From NCBI GenBank assembly GCA_963662625.1, contig OY759726.1, positions 928,001-992,000 of the forward strand: a stretch of 64,000 nucleotides of DNA. The letters run 5' to 3'. The notes beneath the pieces are model-generated. The model did not search any database. It was not told the DNA's origin and worked only from the letters and a program-made list of their open reading frames with translations. Position numbers and translations under genes: made by a program. This DNA comes from Nitrosopumilus sp. (GTDB lineage: Archaea; Thermoproteota; Nitrososphaeria; Nitrososphaerales; Nitrosopumilaceae). Below, one piece after another: positions 1 through 10,298 of the stretch. Within the stretch, counting starts at the first letter, position 1; each line of letters starts with the position of its first letter.

Positions 1-104
1 GCGGCAGGATCCTCTTGTTGTCCCCGCTGGAGATCGCAGATGACGCGGACTATATAACCCGAATGACCCAAAACCTTGACAGTCTCAAGGAGGCACTGTG
101 TTAA
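1..104 (+). CDS. znuA: Zn/Mn ABC transporter substrate-binding protein, 3' end only
   Basis: Frame from nt 3 reads GRILLLSPLEIADDADYITRMTQNLDSLKEALC*, a typical ZnuA/TroA C-terminus (L.PLE...Y...M..NL..L..AL); overlaps the ATPase start. Confidence 0.75.
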   Translation, partial: GRILLLSPLEIADDADYITRMTQNLDSLKEALC

Positions 105-820
105 AGGCTGTAGAAGTCGAGGGGCTGACAGTAGAGTACCCGGGAGTAAAGGCGCTTGACGGCATCACATTCTCCGTTAACCGTGGAGACTTTCTGGGCA
201 TCATCGGCCACAACGGCGCGGGCAAGTCTACCCTCTTTGCATCCATGTTGGGCCTTAACACAAAATACCGCGGCATGATCAAGTTCTTCGGGCGGGACAT
301 CAGAAAGTCATCCGACTACCTCCGTAACGTTGGCTACGTGCCACAACGGCTTGTATTTGAGAAGAATTTCCCGGTCACCGTGACCGATGTCGTGAACATG
401 GGCGTGCGTGACGAGTCAACCAGGAAAAACGTCGATAAAGTATTACAGCAGCTGTGGATCCATGAGTTGGGAAACAGGCGCATAGGCGCCCTGTCCGGCG
501 GGCAACTGCAGCGCGTATTTATCGCAAAAGCCCTTGTTAACAACCCCTCACTGCTGATCCTCGACGAGCCGGTCGTCGGGATTGACCGGCAGAGTGTAGA
601 GATATTTTACAGCATCCTACGCGAGTTGAACACCAAGGAAAAGATCACGATCATCTGGTCGTCACATGACCTTGACGCAGTAAACCGGCTTGCAAACCGT
701 GTGGCGTGCCTTAACAGGACGCTATTCTTCCACGGGGAATCAGACATCTTCTTTGAGAACAGCAAGCTGGTAAGGCAATACTCTGAGTCACCAATGCAAC
801 AGCACACGCGCCACAACTGA
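98..820 (+). CDS. znuC: Zn/Mn ABC transporter ATP-binding protein
   Basis: Walker A GHNGAGKST, signature LSGGQLQRV, Walker B LILDEP, SHD switch, GYVPQ. Confidence 0.92.
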   Translation: MLKAVEVEGLTVEYPGVKALDGITFSVNRGDFLGIIGHNGAGKSTLFASMLGLNTKYRGMIKFFGRDIRKSSDYLRNVGYVPQRLVFEKNFPVTVTDVVNMGVRDESTRKNVDKVLQQLWIHELGNRRIGALSGGQLQRVFIAKALVNNPSLLILDEPVVGIDRQSVEIFYSILRELNTKEKITIIWSSHDLDAVNRLANRVACLNRTLFFHGESDIFFENSKLVRQYSESPMQQHTRHN

Positions 821-821
821 C

Positions 822-1640
822 ATGTCACTTGAAATACTGTCATACGGTTTCATGCAGAGGGCGCTGATCTCGGGCGTTGTCATCGCAGTCCTGTGTTCCA
901 TCGTGGGCCTGTTCCTAGTCCTGCGCCGACACTCCCTGTTTGGTGACGCGATGGCCCACTCGTCTTTTGGCGGCATCGCGTTGGGACTGATGGCAGGCGT
1001 CTACCCGATGTGGGCTGCCTACGGGGTCTCGCTGCTCAGCGCGCTGGTCATAACCCGCATCAAATACAAATTCGACATATCTGGCGAGGCGGCCGTGGCG
1101 GTGCTGCTGTCCTCGGGCATTGCCATAGGGCTAGTAATCATTAGCATAACGGGAGGGTTCACGGTAGACATCTTTAGCTTTCTATTTGGCAGCATCATGC
1201 TTGTAAGCCTGAATGACACGATCCTGATCCTGGCGCTTGTGGGAGCGATCCTCACCGTGATCCTCCTGACGTACAGGCATCTGATTTATTCCACATTCAA
1301 TGAGGATCAGGCAAAGGCAAGCGGCATCCCTGTGGAGAAGATCAACTACATGATCATCTTTATGGCAGGAGTGACAGCAGTCACGGCAATACAGCTGATC
1401 GGCGTGTTGCTGATATCGGCGCTGTTTGTGATTCCGAACGTGAATGCGATCATGTACGGCCGGGGGTTCAAGCAGACGGTAGCCATATCCATCTCCTTTT
1501 CCGTCTTTGCAGTCGTCGTGGGAATCATGGTCTCATACGTGCTTGACATCACTCCTTCCGGGGCCATAGTATTGTTGTCGATCGGGCTGCTTGCCGGGAC
1601 TCTGGGAATAAAGTCGGCGGGCCTGATGCCTACCCGTTAA
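822..1640 (+). CDS. znuB: Zn/Mn ABC transporter permease
   Basis: FMQRAL...GDAMAHSSFGG ABC-3 motif, multiple TM helices, follows ATPase. Confidence 0.92.
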   Translation: MSLEILSYGFMQRALISGVVIAVLCSIVGLFLVLRRHSLFGDAMAHSSFGGIALGLMAGVYPMWAAYGVSLLSALVITRIKYKFDISGEAAVAVLLSSGIAIGLVIISITGGFTVDIFSFLFGSIMLVSLNDTILILALVGAILTVILLTYRHLIYSTFNEDQAKASGIPVEKINYMIIFMAGVTAVTAIQLIGVLLISALFVIPNVNAIMYGRGFKQTVAISISFSVFAVVVGIMVSYVLDITPSGAIVLLSIGLLAGTLGIKSAGLMPTR

Positions 1641-4407
1641 TGAGTTCGTTCAGCCTTCTCTTGTCGCCGACGGCCTTCACGTAGAACAGCGACATCGTGA
1701 TGACCCCCAACGCAATCAACGGCGATGCGATCTCCGTGTATTTCAGGCCAAGTAACTGCGGCGGCCCCTCTGCCTGCGCGGGGGGCGGGAGCTCTGTCTT
1801 CTTGACCATCCCAAGCTTGTTCCCCCGCTGCTCTACGAACCATACGTCTTTCTTGCCGTCCGTGGTGGTGAACTGTACCCATGAGGTGGTGGTGGGGATG
1901 GGTACCTCCAGCACGGCGTCGTTGTCGGGGTCATGCACTGCCAGGCTGTCCACCGCATGCTGCGCAATCCAGACGTTCCCGTACCTGTCAAGCGACATCC
2001 CGAACGGAAGCGCCCCGTCGTTGGGCACGGCAACCCTCTCAAAGGTCTCCAGCACGGTGTCAAACCTTGCTATTCCAGCCCCAGTGTGCTCCCCGATCCA
2101 GACGTTCCCGTCATCGTCAAACAGTAGTGATTCTGGTGACTTGAGGGGGATCTCGGGGGCAAACTCCGTGACCTCGTTGCCCTCCGGGTCGATGTACCCG
2201 ATGCGCCCGCTCTGGGATCCTGTAAACCAGATCTTTCCCTCGTCGTCCACCGCCAGCGCAAACGGCATCGATCCCTCCCCCGGCAACCTGACCTCCTGGA
2301 ACGTACTACGTGCCTGGTCGTACTTGAGGATCAGATCCTTGGATCCAATCGCCGTCCAGACGTTTCCCCTGCCATCTGACTGGATGAAGGTGGAGGTATT
2401 GTTAATCCCTGCGGGTTCCAGCTCCGGCAGGCCTATCCTGGTTATCTCCCCCGTCGCAGGATCTATGAAACCGATCTGGTTTCCTGGCGGATCGTTGAAC
2501 CAGATCTTCCCCTCGTTGTCTTTTGTGAGCACTACCGAGGTCATTCCCTCAAACGAAAATGACTCAAACTCCTTGGAGTCTAGATCAAACTTCCAGAGCC
2601 TTGGAGCGGAGGCATCGCTTATCCATACTGATCCCCTCCCGTCATACAGCGGATAAAGTGGCGCGGCCTCTGCGGGAAGCTCGTACTCGACCAGCTCTAT
2701 TTTGAGATCCGTCAGCCTTGGCTTGACCGTCAGCGGGAGCAGCACCGACTCGTTTGCATTCTCCGTCCTCTGGATCTCGATCTCCACGTGCCACGTCCCA
2801 GAAAACCCGAAGGCCGCCTCGCCCCTGAACTCCACCACGCCGTCCTCGCCATTGATCTTCTCCAGGGCGACCTTTACGGGGGCGATGCCCTTCTCCGGGT
2901 TTGATACCTTGACTTTCAGCTCGCCTTGATCGTAAATCGGCCCGCCGCCAGGATCGGTCACCTTCACTGCTATGGAGTTTTCTCCCACGTAGAACGGCAC
3001 TACCTCGACGTCAAACCTTGCATTCTCGGAAAACTCCGTGGTTTTAAAGTCGTACAGGATTTCCTGCGCCTCCGCCTTCTGGATCTCGCCCGCAGGCAGG
3101 GTCCCGTTCGAAAGCAGGGCCACGACCCCGAGGAGGATCACGCCTAGCGCGGCCTCCCCGGCCAACGATCGCCGCAACTTCCTGTGCACCGAGAGGGCCT
3201 TTGTCCTGATTGCCTCTTCCCCCGCCTTCTGAATCATGAATTGGGAGAACCCGCCCATGCCTACCATGGCCCCGGCTATCGCTATCTTGGCCATGATCAG
3301 CTTGCCGTACGTGGACTCTACAATCACGCCCACGTCGCTCTCCAGGTGCCACATCAGTGTCGGGCCGGTTATTATGACTATCCCCACAGCTATCACAAAC
3401 GCGATGGAAAACCTCGGGATCACGACCAGGGACATCCTCTCCTTCTTGTCACCGTCCAGTCTTGAAAACGTGGGAAGCAGCGTCGACACGAAGAAGATGA
3501 TCCCGCCTATCCATACCGCCGCTACCAGGTTGTGCACGTAGTCGAGGGCCGCCGCTGACAGCTGCTCGCTTGCGGCGCCGTGACCCATCATCGTGGTCGT
3601 GGCGATCAGGACTAGCGACAGGGCCAGCATGGGAGCCTGGTTGATCTTCGTGACGTGTTTCTTCCTGTTCATCCAGAACCACACTCCGAGAAGGACCACG
3701 GTGATCGCCATCCTGAGCATCCACGTGGATCCGAACGACGTCTGGACTGTCTCCAGCACCGACGCCTCCAGCCGCCAGGCATGTACTCCCAGCACCATAA
3801 GGTTGGATGCCATGACCAGCACCAGCCCGATTCCGGTAACCGACATGAACCTTCCGTGGTAGAACGTCTTTAGCTTGCCAAGATCGGCCCTTATCAGCCG
3901 CGTGTTCTGCGTTCCCCAGATCAGCAGCGAGGCGATTGCCGCGCCCAGTACTATCGTCTGGCCTACAAGTCCGGGAAACCTGGCGCCGGCCTCGTGCAGG
4001 AACACCACGTCCTTGGCGGGATCCTCCAGGCCTGACCGTTCCAGCTTTGCGTTGCCCACAGCAAACACAAACGCGTCAGGCACAAGATGCCCGTCAACCC
4101 TTGACAAGACCTTGCTTGCGACTGTATACACCCCGTCCTCCAATGGCGGGGTGCTCACAACGAGGGACTCGTCACTCCCGCGGTGCTGCGTGTCTCTGTT
4201 GTCGATCTGGTCGCCGTTGCTGTCAAAGACCTTGAGAGAGCTGAAGCCCAGTTCGATGGATTCCGAATATACGACGTACACTTCGGTGATCCCGACCTGC
4301 GCGTTGCCCGTCGAGCCCGGGCTTGTCTCCACCATATACGGGTGTGCGGCGGCAGAAGGGACAGAAACGCAAATCAAGAGTACCAGGATCACGGGCAGCT
4401 TTTTCAT
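1630..4407 (-). CDS. CopC-CopD fusion with Ig-like (YtkA-like) domain and C-terminal Vgb-lyase-like beta-propeller; copper uptake/resistance protein
   Basis: Signal peptide MKKLPVILVLL...AAA|HPY; CopC motif VLSRVDGHLV; CopD TMs with GHGAA and HNLVAAVWIGG; repeated D.dG.vWf propeller motifs; C-terminal TM. Start moved from 4602 to ATG 4407. Confidence 0.85.
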   Translation of the reverse strand: MKKLPVILVLLICVSVPSAAAHPYMVETSPGSTGNAQVGITEVYVVYSESIELGFSSLKVFDSNGDQIDNRDTQHRGSDESLVVSTPPLEDGVYTVASKVLSRVDGHLVPDAFVFAVGNAKLERSGLEDPAKDVVFLHEAGARFPGLVGQTIVLGAAIASLLIWGTQNTRLIRADLGKLKTFYHGRFMSVTGIGLVLVMASNLMVLGVHAWRLEASVLETVQTSFGSTWMLRMAITVVLLGVWFWMNRKKHVTKINQAPMLALSLVLIATTTMMGHGAASEQLSAAALDYVHNLVAAVWIGGIIFFVSTLLPTFSRLDGDKKERMSLVVIPRFSIAFVIAVGIVIITGPTLMWHLESDVGVIVESTYGKLIMAKIAIAGAMVGMGGFSQFMIQKAGEEAIRTKALSVHRKLRRSLAGEAALGVILLGVVALLSNGTLPAGEIQKAEAQEILYDFKTTEFSENARFDVEVVPFYVGENSIAVKVTDPGGGPIYDQGELKVKVSNPEKGIAPVKVALEKINGEDGVVEFRGEAAFGFSGTWHVEIEIQRTENANESVLLPLTVKPRLTDLKIELVEYELPAEAAPLYPLYDGRGSVWISDASAPRLWKFDLDSKEFESFSFEGMTSVVLTKDNEGKIWFNDPPGNQIGFIDPATGEITRIGLPELEPAGINNTSTFIQSDGRGNVWTAIGSKDLILKYDQARSTFQEVRLPGEGSMPFALAVDDEGKIWFTGSQSGRIGYIDPEGNEVTEFAPEIPLKSPESLLFDDDGNVWIGEHTGAGIARFDTVLETFERVAVPNDGALPFGMSLDRYGNVWIAQHAVDSLAVHDPDNDAVLEVPIPTTTSWVQFTTTDGKKDVWFVEQRGNKLGMVKKTELPPPAQAEGPPQLLGLKYTEIASPLIALGVITMSLFYVKAVGDKRRLNELING

Positions 4408-4656
4408 TTGTCTTATAACCCGCCAATGATAATATAAAGAGTTTTTATACCGCGGCGCCACTGCAGTCAACGCGCCATGAGCTCTCACAAGGAGGCCACC
4501 AACACGCACTGTGGATGATCCTGTGGCCGCCACCGCACGGAAAACGAAATCAATTCCGTCCCAATGAGTGGATGACCAGCGCGCCGGGGTGGCTACCTGC
4601 ACAAGACGGCACCTGCACGGGTTGATTCACTTAAATAAGCTATCGCCCGAAATGGA

Positions 4657-5301
4657 ATGGTATTCGTGAATATCCTCGCCCTGACCGTGACCATGTTGCT
4701 GTTTTCTGCAACCTTCGTATCCGTCGCGTCAGCACACGTGACTGTCGAGGTGGAGCCGTATGAGATCGAGATTGGGTGGGGTACCGAGCCCCCCATCGTA
4801 GGAATAAGAAACGACATTGTCTTCCGGATAGCCGAGACCGGCGAGACCCAGGGATCTTTCGTAGGGGTCCTGAACGCGTTCCACGAACTTGACGCGACTG
4901 CGATGTTTGGAGGCGCATCGAAGGGTATCCACGTCAATTCTGACCCACGGCCAGGATACTATTATTCCCCGATAATTCCTACAAAGACGGGCTCGTACAT
5001 GATCTCCCTGCAAGGACAGATCAACGGCATACCAATAGACGTCCAAACCCCGATTGAGAGTGTAGAAGGCACCGCCGTACTGGACTTTCCCCCGACCGGG
5101 GGCTCTTCGTCTGGTCAGGACGTTGCAGCACTAAAGAACGCGATATCCGACATCCGGCAGGACGTCTCGTCGATCAAGTCGGGCTCGGGCATCGCGGCTG
5201 CCCCCGACGGCGGTCTTGCATACGACTTTGCAGTGTTCGGGCTGTCAATCGCATCTGCCGCAATAGTCTTGGCAATAGTGGCCCTGGTAAAAAGAAGATA
5301 G
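4657..5301 (+). CDS. Secreted, C-terminally anchored hypothetical protein with predicted N-terminal His (HVTV)
   Basis: Signal peptide ending ASA|HVTV, short coiled coil, C-terminal TM plus KRR. Confidence 0.8.
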   Translation: MVFVNILALTVTMLLFSATFVSVASAHVTVEVEPYEIEIGWGTEPPIVGIRNDIVFRIAETGETQGSFVGVLNAFHELDATAMFGGASKGIHVNSDPRPGYYYSPIIPTKTGSYMISLQGQINGIPIDVQTPIESVEGTAVLDFPPTGGSSSGQDVAALKNAISDIRQDVSSIKSGSGIAAAPDGGLAYDFAVFGLSIASAAIVLAIVALVKRR

Positions 5302-5309
5302 GGGAATCC

Positions 5310-6560
5310 CTAAAGCCGCGGAATTACTCTGGATTTTGCCGTGATGGCAATGATGCTGACAATCGCGACGGCAAGCACCACCATCGCAATCGCTCCGAAT
5401 TCCGGGACGACATTCGTGAATATCAGCTCCTCGTCTACCGGCCCGGTGATGTCAATCGGGTCATGAGGATGGGACTCAATACCGGTCGCGTCCGGGTCGT
5501 ATCCATGGCCACGGAACACTATGCTGATGTCCACGGGATCACCGGTGCTGAGCGGCGCTGTCTTGAACGTCTCCAATCCGTGGCTGTGTGCGGTTTCTCG
5601 CAGGACTTCCATGCCGTTCTGCGACACTGTGACACCGTAGTTTGGATGGCCTTCGTCCACATGCAGGATGATGATCTGCAGCTGCTCGCCCGCCGCGGGC
5701 TCGCCAGTCCATACCGAGACCACCGTGCCGTCAGACAGCATTCCCTGTACCGTAGGATCGGAATTCGTAACCACTGCGACATCATCTCCTGGCATAACAC
5801 TAGTGAACGCCAACTCCTCGCCGATTGGTCCGGCCAAGTCATTCACTCCATAACCCTGGAACACTATGCTGATGTCCACGGGATCACTGGTGCTGAGCGG
5901 CGCAGTGCTCATCGTCGCCACCCCCTCGTGCTCGTGTCCGCCTTCGTCGCGCAGGACGTCTTCGCCGTTCTGCGTTACCACTACGTCGTAGTTGACATGG
6001 TCCGAATCGGCGAACTTGATGGTGACCTGCAGCTGCTCGCCCGCCGCGGGCTCGCCAGTCCATACCGAGACCACCGTGCCGTCAGACAGCATTCCCTGTA
6101 CGGCGGGATCTCCCGGATCAGCCCCTGACTTCCCGCCGTGATCGTCCATGCCATCCGCTCCGTCGTCGTCTGCCTGCACCACGATCAGCCCCTCCATCCA
6201 CGGGTGGACTATGCAAAAGTACTGGACCTCGCCCACTTCCTCCGTCTTGAACTCGTAGGAAGCGCCAGCCATGACCAGGGAGCTGTCAAACACGCCGCTT
6301 GGGCCGTCCCTCGCGGTGCCGCCGGTGAACGTGTGCGCGACAGTGTCCGTGTTCGAGAATATCACGACCCCTCCGACGTCAACCGTCACCGTGGAAGGGA
6401 TGAAGCACCCCTCGGGGGTGGTCTCGCATCCTGCCACGCCGGATCCCTGCGCCGGCACGACGGTGACTTCGGAATGATCCGCGAGTGCCGCGGGGGACGC
6501 CGCAAGCCCTGCCATGGCCGCAAACAGCACGAAAAAAGCGCCTATCGTTATTTTCTTCAT
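5310..6560 (-). CDS. Blue copper (cupredoxin) protein with duplicated Ig-like module and PEFG-CTERM sorting signal
   Basis: HTFT...YFCIVHPWMEG type-1 Cu ligands; C-terminal VPEFGAIAMVVLAVAIVSIIAITAKSR. Confidence 0.88.
   Translation of the reverse strand: MKKITIGAFFVLFAAMAGLAASPAALADHSEVTVVPAQGSGVAGCETTPEGCFIPSTVTVDVGGVVIFSNTDTVAHTFTGGTARDGPSGVFDSSLVMAGASYEFKTEEVGEVQYFCIVHPWMEGLIVVQADDDGADGMDDHGGKSGADPGDPAVQGMLSDGTVVSVWTGEPAAGEQLQVTIKFADSDHVNYDVVVTQNGEDVLRDEGGHEHEGVATMSTAPLSTSDPVDISIVFQGYGVNDLAGPIGEELAFTSVMPGDDVAVVTNSDPTVQGMLSDGTVVSVWTGEPAAGEQLQIIILHVDEGHPNYGVTVSQNGMEVLRETAHSHGLETFKTAPLSTGDPVDISIVFRGHGYDPDATGIESHPHDPIDITGPVDEELIFTNVVPEFGAIAMVVLAVAIVSIIAITAKSRVIPRL
5676..6101. repeat. Intragenic 75-bp identical direct repeat (5676-5750 / 6027-6101)
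   Basis: ctgcagctgctcgcccgcc...ttccctgtac occurs twice, encoding VQGMLSDGTVVSVWTGEPAAGEQLQ. Confidence 0.9.
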
Positions 6561-7203
6561 TGGTTAAGTGCCATGCTTGGAGCATAAAAACCTCACTGAT
6601 CTCGTGGTGCCCGGACCGCTTCCGCACCTAGTCGCCCCTGCCCCCGGCGGCGGATCCTGCCCGGAACAGGACGGGCGGGATGGTGCCCCCGTTCTGGCAT
6701 GCCCGCATGCTGGCCCGGGGCGTGTACGCCCCGTGGGAACGGGGCGGCGGGCCGCACTGCCGCGCGGGTGGCGGCACGCCTTCCGCAAGTCGGGCGGGGG
6801 AGGCCCGCGCACGGCAGGGGATCCCTTGCCGCGTCCGCCTTCCAGCGGATCAGGGATCGTCGGCCTCCACCGGCCCGAGTCGCGGGGCGCCACCATGCCC
6901 CTCCAGCGCCTGACGCATTTCGCGTTGTAGGTTGCCGCCAGCAGGCACGGCGGGGGCCGCGATCCAAGGCTTTTCCGGCCAGGCATGTTGGATCAGTTGA
7001 TCATATGTTTTCACCCGGCAGTTCTGGGGGTTACGCAACATGCTATGATCCCAGCCTGTTGCACAAACGCGTCTAACCGAAAAACGCCATGAATCTTGCG
7101 CCTGAAATCTGAGCCATGCAGCAGGCCGCGATCCAGGCGACTCACGTTTGTTCCCTGCGGATCCAGGCATCGCCCCAGTGACGCGGGGACCCGGCCAACG
7201 CGC

Positions 7204-8040
7204 CTACCGCCTTCTCGACCGGCACAACTTCACCACGCCAACCGCGGGAATTCCCACATACATCCCCACGTTCAACATAACCACCGCCATGCCGTAGACA
7301 AGCATCTCGTGCTCGGAGTCAATCCCTGCATAATCCAGTATTGATAATGACGACAGCAGCGGCACCAGCGCTATCTTAGTGGCTTCCTTGAATGCAGGAT
7401 GCTCCCTCTCAAAGTCTGCGATTGACGGCGAGAATGAGTAATAGATTTCGTTGAACGCCGTCATGAACGCCGTCCCGGACTCCGTCATGAGTATCGTGCC
7501 GTCCCTGAGCTCCCTTAGTCGCTGCACCTGTGGCGCAAGTTCAGACCCGTACGCCGCAGTAGCAATCAGGCAGCCTCCCCCTCCGTCGTCCCCATTTACG
7601 CCAAGATCCGGAATCTCCGTCTGGCCCACCATGATGCCAAACGTCACAGCTTCTTCTGGGATTGGCAGAAACAGGATGCCCTCTACTTGGACATATACGT
7701 CGTGTGCCCCCTCTTCGACAAATTCCACCGGGATCCTTACCGAGCCCTCCGAAGTATGCGTCAACGGAATCGGCCCAAAAATGGCCTGGTTTCCCTTTGA
7801 AACCGTCACCGTGTAATCGATGTGTTCCTGCACCATTTGTGTCTGTGGGTTGATAAAATCTATGCCCAGCCTGGTCTGCTGGCCGGGAACCATTTCCCCG
7901 TATGACAACTTAACATCTAGCGTCCCCCCGTCCGTGGGGCGGGTCACCTCCGATTCCTGGGCAAACGCGGGCGTTGCCAGCAGGGGAACCAAAGCCAGCA
8001 GCAGCAGGAATCTCACAACGCTGGTTTTTCCAACCCGCAA
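7204..8040 (-). CDS. Secreted protein with CFI-box-CTERM domain
   Basis: Signal peptide (AFA|QE), GGGCLIATAAYGSELAPQVQRLRELRD motif, C-terminal TM; alternative start GTG 8016. Confidence 0.85.
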   Translation of the reverse strand: MRVGKTSVVRFLLLLALVPLLATPAFAQESEVTRPTDGGTLDVKLSYGEMVPGQQTRLGIDFINPQTQMVQEHIDYTVTVSKGNQAIFGPIPLTHTSEGSVRIPVEFVEEGAHDVYVQVEGILFLPIPEEAVTFGIMVGQTEIPDLGVNGDDGGGGCLIATAAYGSELAPQVQRLRELRDGTILMTESGTAFMTAFNEIYYSFSPSIADFEREHPAFKEATKIALVPLLSSLSILDYAGIDSEHEMLVYGMAVVMLNVGMYVGIPAVGVVKLCRSRRR

Positions 8041-8379
8041 ATAAAAACATCACTAATCCGCCAGTTGAGCCGGACGCACCAGGGGCGTGGCTGGAATCCG
8101 TGCCGACAAGCTTCGCCCGGTACCTGATCCGAGCCGCACTCCATTGGCCGCCAGCTGGCATTTTCCTGCATCCCATCCCGCGGCCTGCGGACAAGCCCGC
8201 GCCGCATGGCGGCCCCCCCCTTTCTGCGGCGACCCCGCGCCCGCATCCTGCAAACGCAAGGACGGGCAGGTGCCACTGACCGAGCCACCTTGGGCTGCAG
8301 GCAAGCCGCTAAAGGCAGGCGCGAAATTTGACCCCACGTTCCTGTATTCTTTAAATATGGAAATACGCGAATAGATCCT

Positions 8380-10059
8380 GTGTCTGGCCAGTCCGCAATG
8401 CTTTTCGTCATAGCCGGCATCTTCGCAGCTACTGCCTTGGCTCCCCAGGCGTACGGCCACGGGCTGGGCGGCGACCAGGCCCCCGCACTGACATTTGGCG
8501 ACATGGAGGTGACCGTCAGGACAGAGGTCACGCCGTCTGATATCACGGTAGGAGACATTGACAACATCAACATGAGCGTGCGCTTCTTTGACACCCTCAC
8601 CGACACGACGCTGGAAAAGGTGACCTACAGGATTGAGGTCTGGCAGAAAGGCGAACTCTTGGCCAGGAACCTGTTTTACGACTTGGACGGAACTCTAAAC
8701 GTCGAAATCCGGCCGCAGGCTGGGTGCCAGGACGTGGATCTGTGGCGGTGCACCGTCTACGGGGGCTCTGAACACGTAACCGCGCCGGGCGCATTGTTCG
8801 TTCAGGGAGACGGAAAGCCGACGATAACCGGCCCTCTGTTCGTCCAAGGTGGGCTGTACAACGTCAGGGTGGACATAGAGGGCGCCACCAGTCCGAAAAC
8901 CATGGTTGCGGATCTGCTGAGCTACGACACGTTTATCAGCGTTGCGCAGGAACAGGACTTCCTCATCCAGACGGCAAGCGCCGAAGAAGTACCCGTAGTC
9001 GTGAAAACGTACTACGACGAAGTGGATAACTTCCAGTTCGACCAGCATGACAATTCCATCTCGTTTGAGATGCCGTTTGACTGGACCCCGAGCTATGTGG
9101 ATCTGGTCCAGGTAGTGCACGAGGAGATCAGGGTGCCTAAATCGTTTACGCCGTATGCGGAGGGAAAACAGTTCACGGGGTATGTCAACGGGGTCGAAAT
9201 CGAGCAGCGGGCGCTGTTAAACGATCCATACTCGTACGACGACACCAACATCATGCATTTTCTCATCTCAAAAAACGACCTGCAGAGGATCAACGAGACG
9301 TTGGGTCCTGAGAACCACTCGAACCCCACGATGAAACTAAAACTCGTCCCGCAGAGCGGGATCTCAAAGAACTCGACCCAGTTTTACCTGGTGGACTCGG
9401 AAAACAACCGGGTACCGGCCAACGTGAGCCTGTCTTGGGACGGCAACTATGGAGCAGGCGACCAGGTTCCGTTCGAGATAACCTTCTTGGACGACGATGG
9501 CAACCTGATTCGCGACATCCGCTATGCGGTGTTCCTGATTGACGGGAACGGGCAGGAGCTTGCAGTGCTCGCAGGAGACGATCCTGCCAACCCCGGAATC
9601 CCAGCCCCCGAGGGAATCGACGTCCAAAAGATGCTCGTTCCGTCCCAAGGGCAGTACAGGATCGACATTCTGGTCTACGGCACCGGCCTGGACTATGACG
9701 CGACATACTCCGGAATAGGCTCCGGGCTGATCGAACTGGGGCCGAGCCTCGTCCAGGGCACCGCGCCCGCGTCCTCACAGCCCGCAGAGATCCCCGGCTG
9801 GATAAGGAACAACGCCGGGTGGTGGGCCGCGGGCCAGATAGACGACGCCTCGTTCGTCCAGGGTCTCCAGTACCTGATCAAGGAAGGAATCCTCAACATC
9901 CCCCAGACCGCGCAGGACCCGGAGGCGGGCTCCGGCGAGATCCCCGGCTGGATAAGGAACAACGCCGGGTGGTGGGCCGCGGGCCAGATAGACGACGCCT
10001 CGTTCGTCCAGGGTCTCCAGTACCTGATCAAGGAAGGAATCCTGAAAGTGGGCTCGTAG
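8380..10059 (+). CDS. Secreted thaumarchaeal surface protein with twin C-terminal IPxWI(R/K)NNAGWW repeats
   Basis: Signal peptide AYG|HGLGG; two copies of [35 protein letters not shown]. Confidence 0.85.
   Translation: MSGQSAMLFVIAGIFAATALAPQAYGHGLGGDQAPALTFGDMEVTVRTEVTPSDITVGDIDNINMSVRFFDTLTDTTLEKVTYRIEVWQKGELLARNLFYDLDGTLNVEIRPQAGCQDVDLWRCTVYGGSEHVTAPGALFVQGDGKPTITGPLFVQGGLYNVRVDIEGATSPKTMVADLLSYDTFISVAQEQDFLIQTASAEEVPVVVKTYYDEVDNFQFDQHDNSISFEMPFDWTPSYVDLVQVVHEEIRVPKSFTPYAEGKQFTGYVNGVEIEQRALLNDPYSYDDTNIMHFLISKNDLQRINETLGPENHSNPTMKLKLVPQSGISKNSTQFYLVDSENNRVPANVSLSWDGNYGAGDQVPFEITFLDDDGNLIRDIRYAVFLIDGNGQELAVLAGDDPANPGIPAPEGIDVQKMLVPSQGQYRIDILVYGTGLDYDATYSGIGSGLIELGPSLVQGTAPASSQPAEIPGWIRNNAGWWAAGQIDDASFVQGLQYLIKEGILNIPQTAQDPEAGSGEIPGWIRNNAGWWAAGQIDDASFVQGLQYLIKEGILKVGS
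9787..10043 (+). repeat. Intragenic 107-bp perfect direct repeat (9787-9893 / 9937-10043)
   Basis: gagatccccggctgg...aaggaatcct identical in both copies, offset 150 bp. Confidence 0.95.
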
Positions 10060-10091
10060 ATTTTTAAATAGATTCTGCTGAGGTAAGGCTG

Positions 10092-10298
10092 TTGAAGGAC
10101 ATCAATGACATCATGCCGAGGATCCCTAACATGAGGTGGGGCGCCCTGATGAACAAGGCGCCCACCAACCAGCGAATCCATGAAATGAACAGCATCTTCC
10201 CGTCAAATGGGAGGTGGCACACCGTCTTTGAGGAAAAAGACAACATTACCATCGACGGAAAACAAGTCTGGAAAAAAGATCCCAAAAAATGGACCTAA
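10092..10298 (+). CDS. Small hypothetical protein (68 aa)
   Basis: TTG start after TATA-like tttttaaata; overlaps next gene; protein-like composition. Confidence 0.65.
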   Translation: MKDINDIMPRIPNMRWGALMNKAPTNQRIHEMNSIFPSNGRWHTVFEEKDNITIDGKQVWKKDPKKWT

